Shown: piece by piece, positions 62,701-64,000 of the stretch | Layout of the letters: each line of letters starts with the position of its first letter | How positions within the stretch are numbered: the first letter of the stretch is position 1 | Notes under the pieces: generated by a model | Seen by the model: the letters and a program-made list of their open reading frames with translations, nothing else | Database searches by the model: none | Told to the model about the DNA's origin: nothing | Source of the DNA: Anthoceros angustus | Lineage: Eukaryota > Plantae > Anthocerotophyta | NCBI GenBank assembly: GCA_010909165.1 | Contig: MU008167.1 | Location: 682,001-746,000 of the forward strand | DNA length: 64,000 bases | Direction of reading: 5' to 3' | Translations under genes and position numbers: made by a program

Positions 62701-63450
62701 CCAAGTGAAGAGACAGGGAGTGGCCCACAAAGATCAATGTGGACAAGCTCCAAGGGCTTAGTAGCCCGACGTGCAAGAAGATCAGAATACGGTGAACCGC
62801 GTTGCTTAGCATAAATACAAGATTCACACAACGATGGCGTCTTTGTAAAAGTAGGCAGCCTATCCCTAAAAAAATCATGCTTAGACATCTCTAAGAGCTT
62901 GGAATGATTAATGTGGCCAAGCCTAAAGTGCCAGAGAAAAGCATCACCAAGACGTGAGCTCCGATGGCGATGGCGGCACCGGTGGAGCCGACGCTGCCAA
63001 CATGGGCTTGCCGTTGAAGACATATAAATCATGGCGAGGATGGCCTCGTGCAATAACACGGCCCGGATGAATAGACCGAGTGAGTAAACAATCACCACGG
63101 CCAAAGTCCAGCCTGTAGATGCCATCCTTAACCAAGTGACGAACGGAGATTAAATTCTTGGCCATCTAAGGTACATGCAGCACATCAGTGAGTAGAAGGG
63201 AAAAACCATCTTCCAATTCGAAAGTCACTGAGCAAGTGCCCGCTATTGAGAGGCCAGAGTCATCGCCAAGCAGAACAAAGCGATGAGGAGCATCAGCCGC
63301 CGAATATGGATCTAGCTACTAGATCAAGTGATCCTCAGGATGTAGGTCTCCAGTCACGCTCTTGCAGCAGAATCGTTAGCACATCGGCTAAGGAAGATCC
63401 AAGATGATGTAGACACTTGGGCGCCGATGATAATCCAAAACCTCGAGCAG
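59703..63450 (-). mobile_element. Ty1/Copia pol (protease remnant, GAG-pre-integrase, integrase, RT, RNaseH), very indel-rich; gag and 5' LTR not seen
   Basis: LTDVLHVP.MAKNLISV, WHFRLGH...CESC, LELVHIDLCGP, VVDDFSRY, IRSDNAGE, HNGVAE. The RT/RH part duplicates 56.5-58.2 kb. Confidence 0.92.
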
Positions 63451-64000
63451 AATTACGATTTGATGAGCGTGAACGGGCGGCCTGATCGTGCTTCCTCCTT
63501 GCCTCAGCATGGTTGCGTCGTTATTTGCGACCCATAGTGCTTGTGCTTGAAGATTAAGAGGCTAAAAGCAAAAGCAAAAGTAGGCAGATTGCTTAGAAGA
63601 ATGTAAGCAACAATGATGCTATTCTTAAGCAAAATTAACCTACAAAAGGCCCAATGACTAGGCCTTATAGAATCACAAGAACTAGAAGGGTTTCTAGAAC
63701 CCATAACCAATCAATTTAGAATAATTGGTTTGATTATATGGAAATTGAACTGATGAAAATAATCAGTAAAGTAGCTATGATAATTACTTTACTTAGAAAG
63801 TTCTAAGCTAATTATTTTCACTTAGCAATGGTATGATGGGCAACATGAGTTTCTACATGACTGTAAAACTAGCGGATGCTGCCTATGATGTAGATGATAG
63901 TCTACTATCGGAAATGCATATCGAAATGCATTTTCATCAACTAAAATTGGGTATGAGGTTGCTAGCTTATCTTCCTAAGTTGATTAGAGAAGAAAACTAG

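Overview
Nuclear DNA of a seed-free land plant, most likely a hornwort. This is an inference from compact genes, ~80-150 bp introns, PLS-PPR genes with a DYW:KP 'GRP' deaminase and 'PGxSWW' E+ ends. 1-9.6 kb holds ordinary intron-containing genes: a plastid inositol monophosphatase, an unknown plastid-targeted protein, fibrillin FBN9 and MKK3. The rest is a PPR RNA-editing-factor cluster: one decayed PLS-E+ gene, one DYW:KP relic, one long PLS-DYW:KP(GRP) gene and one PLS-E+ (WW-type) gene. These are interleaved with a decayed 26S rDNA + spacer fragment, a dyskerin/CBF5 pseudogene piece, a Naiad/Chlamys-like Penelope RT, a fasciclin gene, a (TTC)n-tailed retroposon family, a PIF/Harbinger transposon and a Copia element. 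The most striking observation is that the DYW:KP (candidate U-to-C) editing factor carries a full OSB-type 'PDF' ssDNA-binding motif between its transit peptide and its PPR array; a degenerate version appears in the second editing factor. Large parts (15.5-17.2, 20-21.7, 27-46 and 52-62 kb) are deletion-rich near-duplicates joined at microhomologies and are probably assembly or polishing artefacts, so copy numbers and frameshifts there are not trustworthy. Coordinates of decayed features are approximate.
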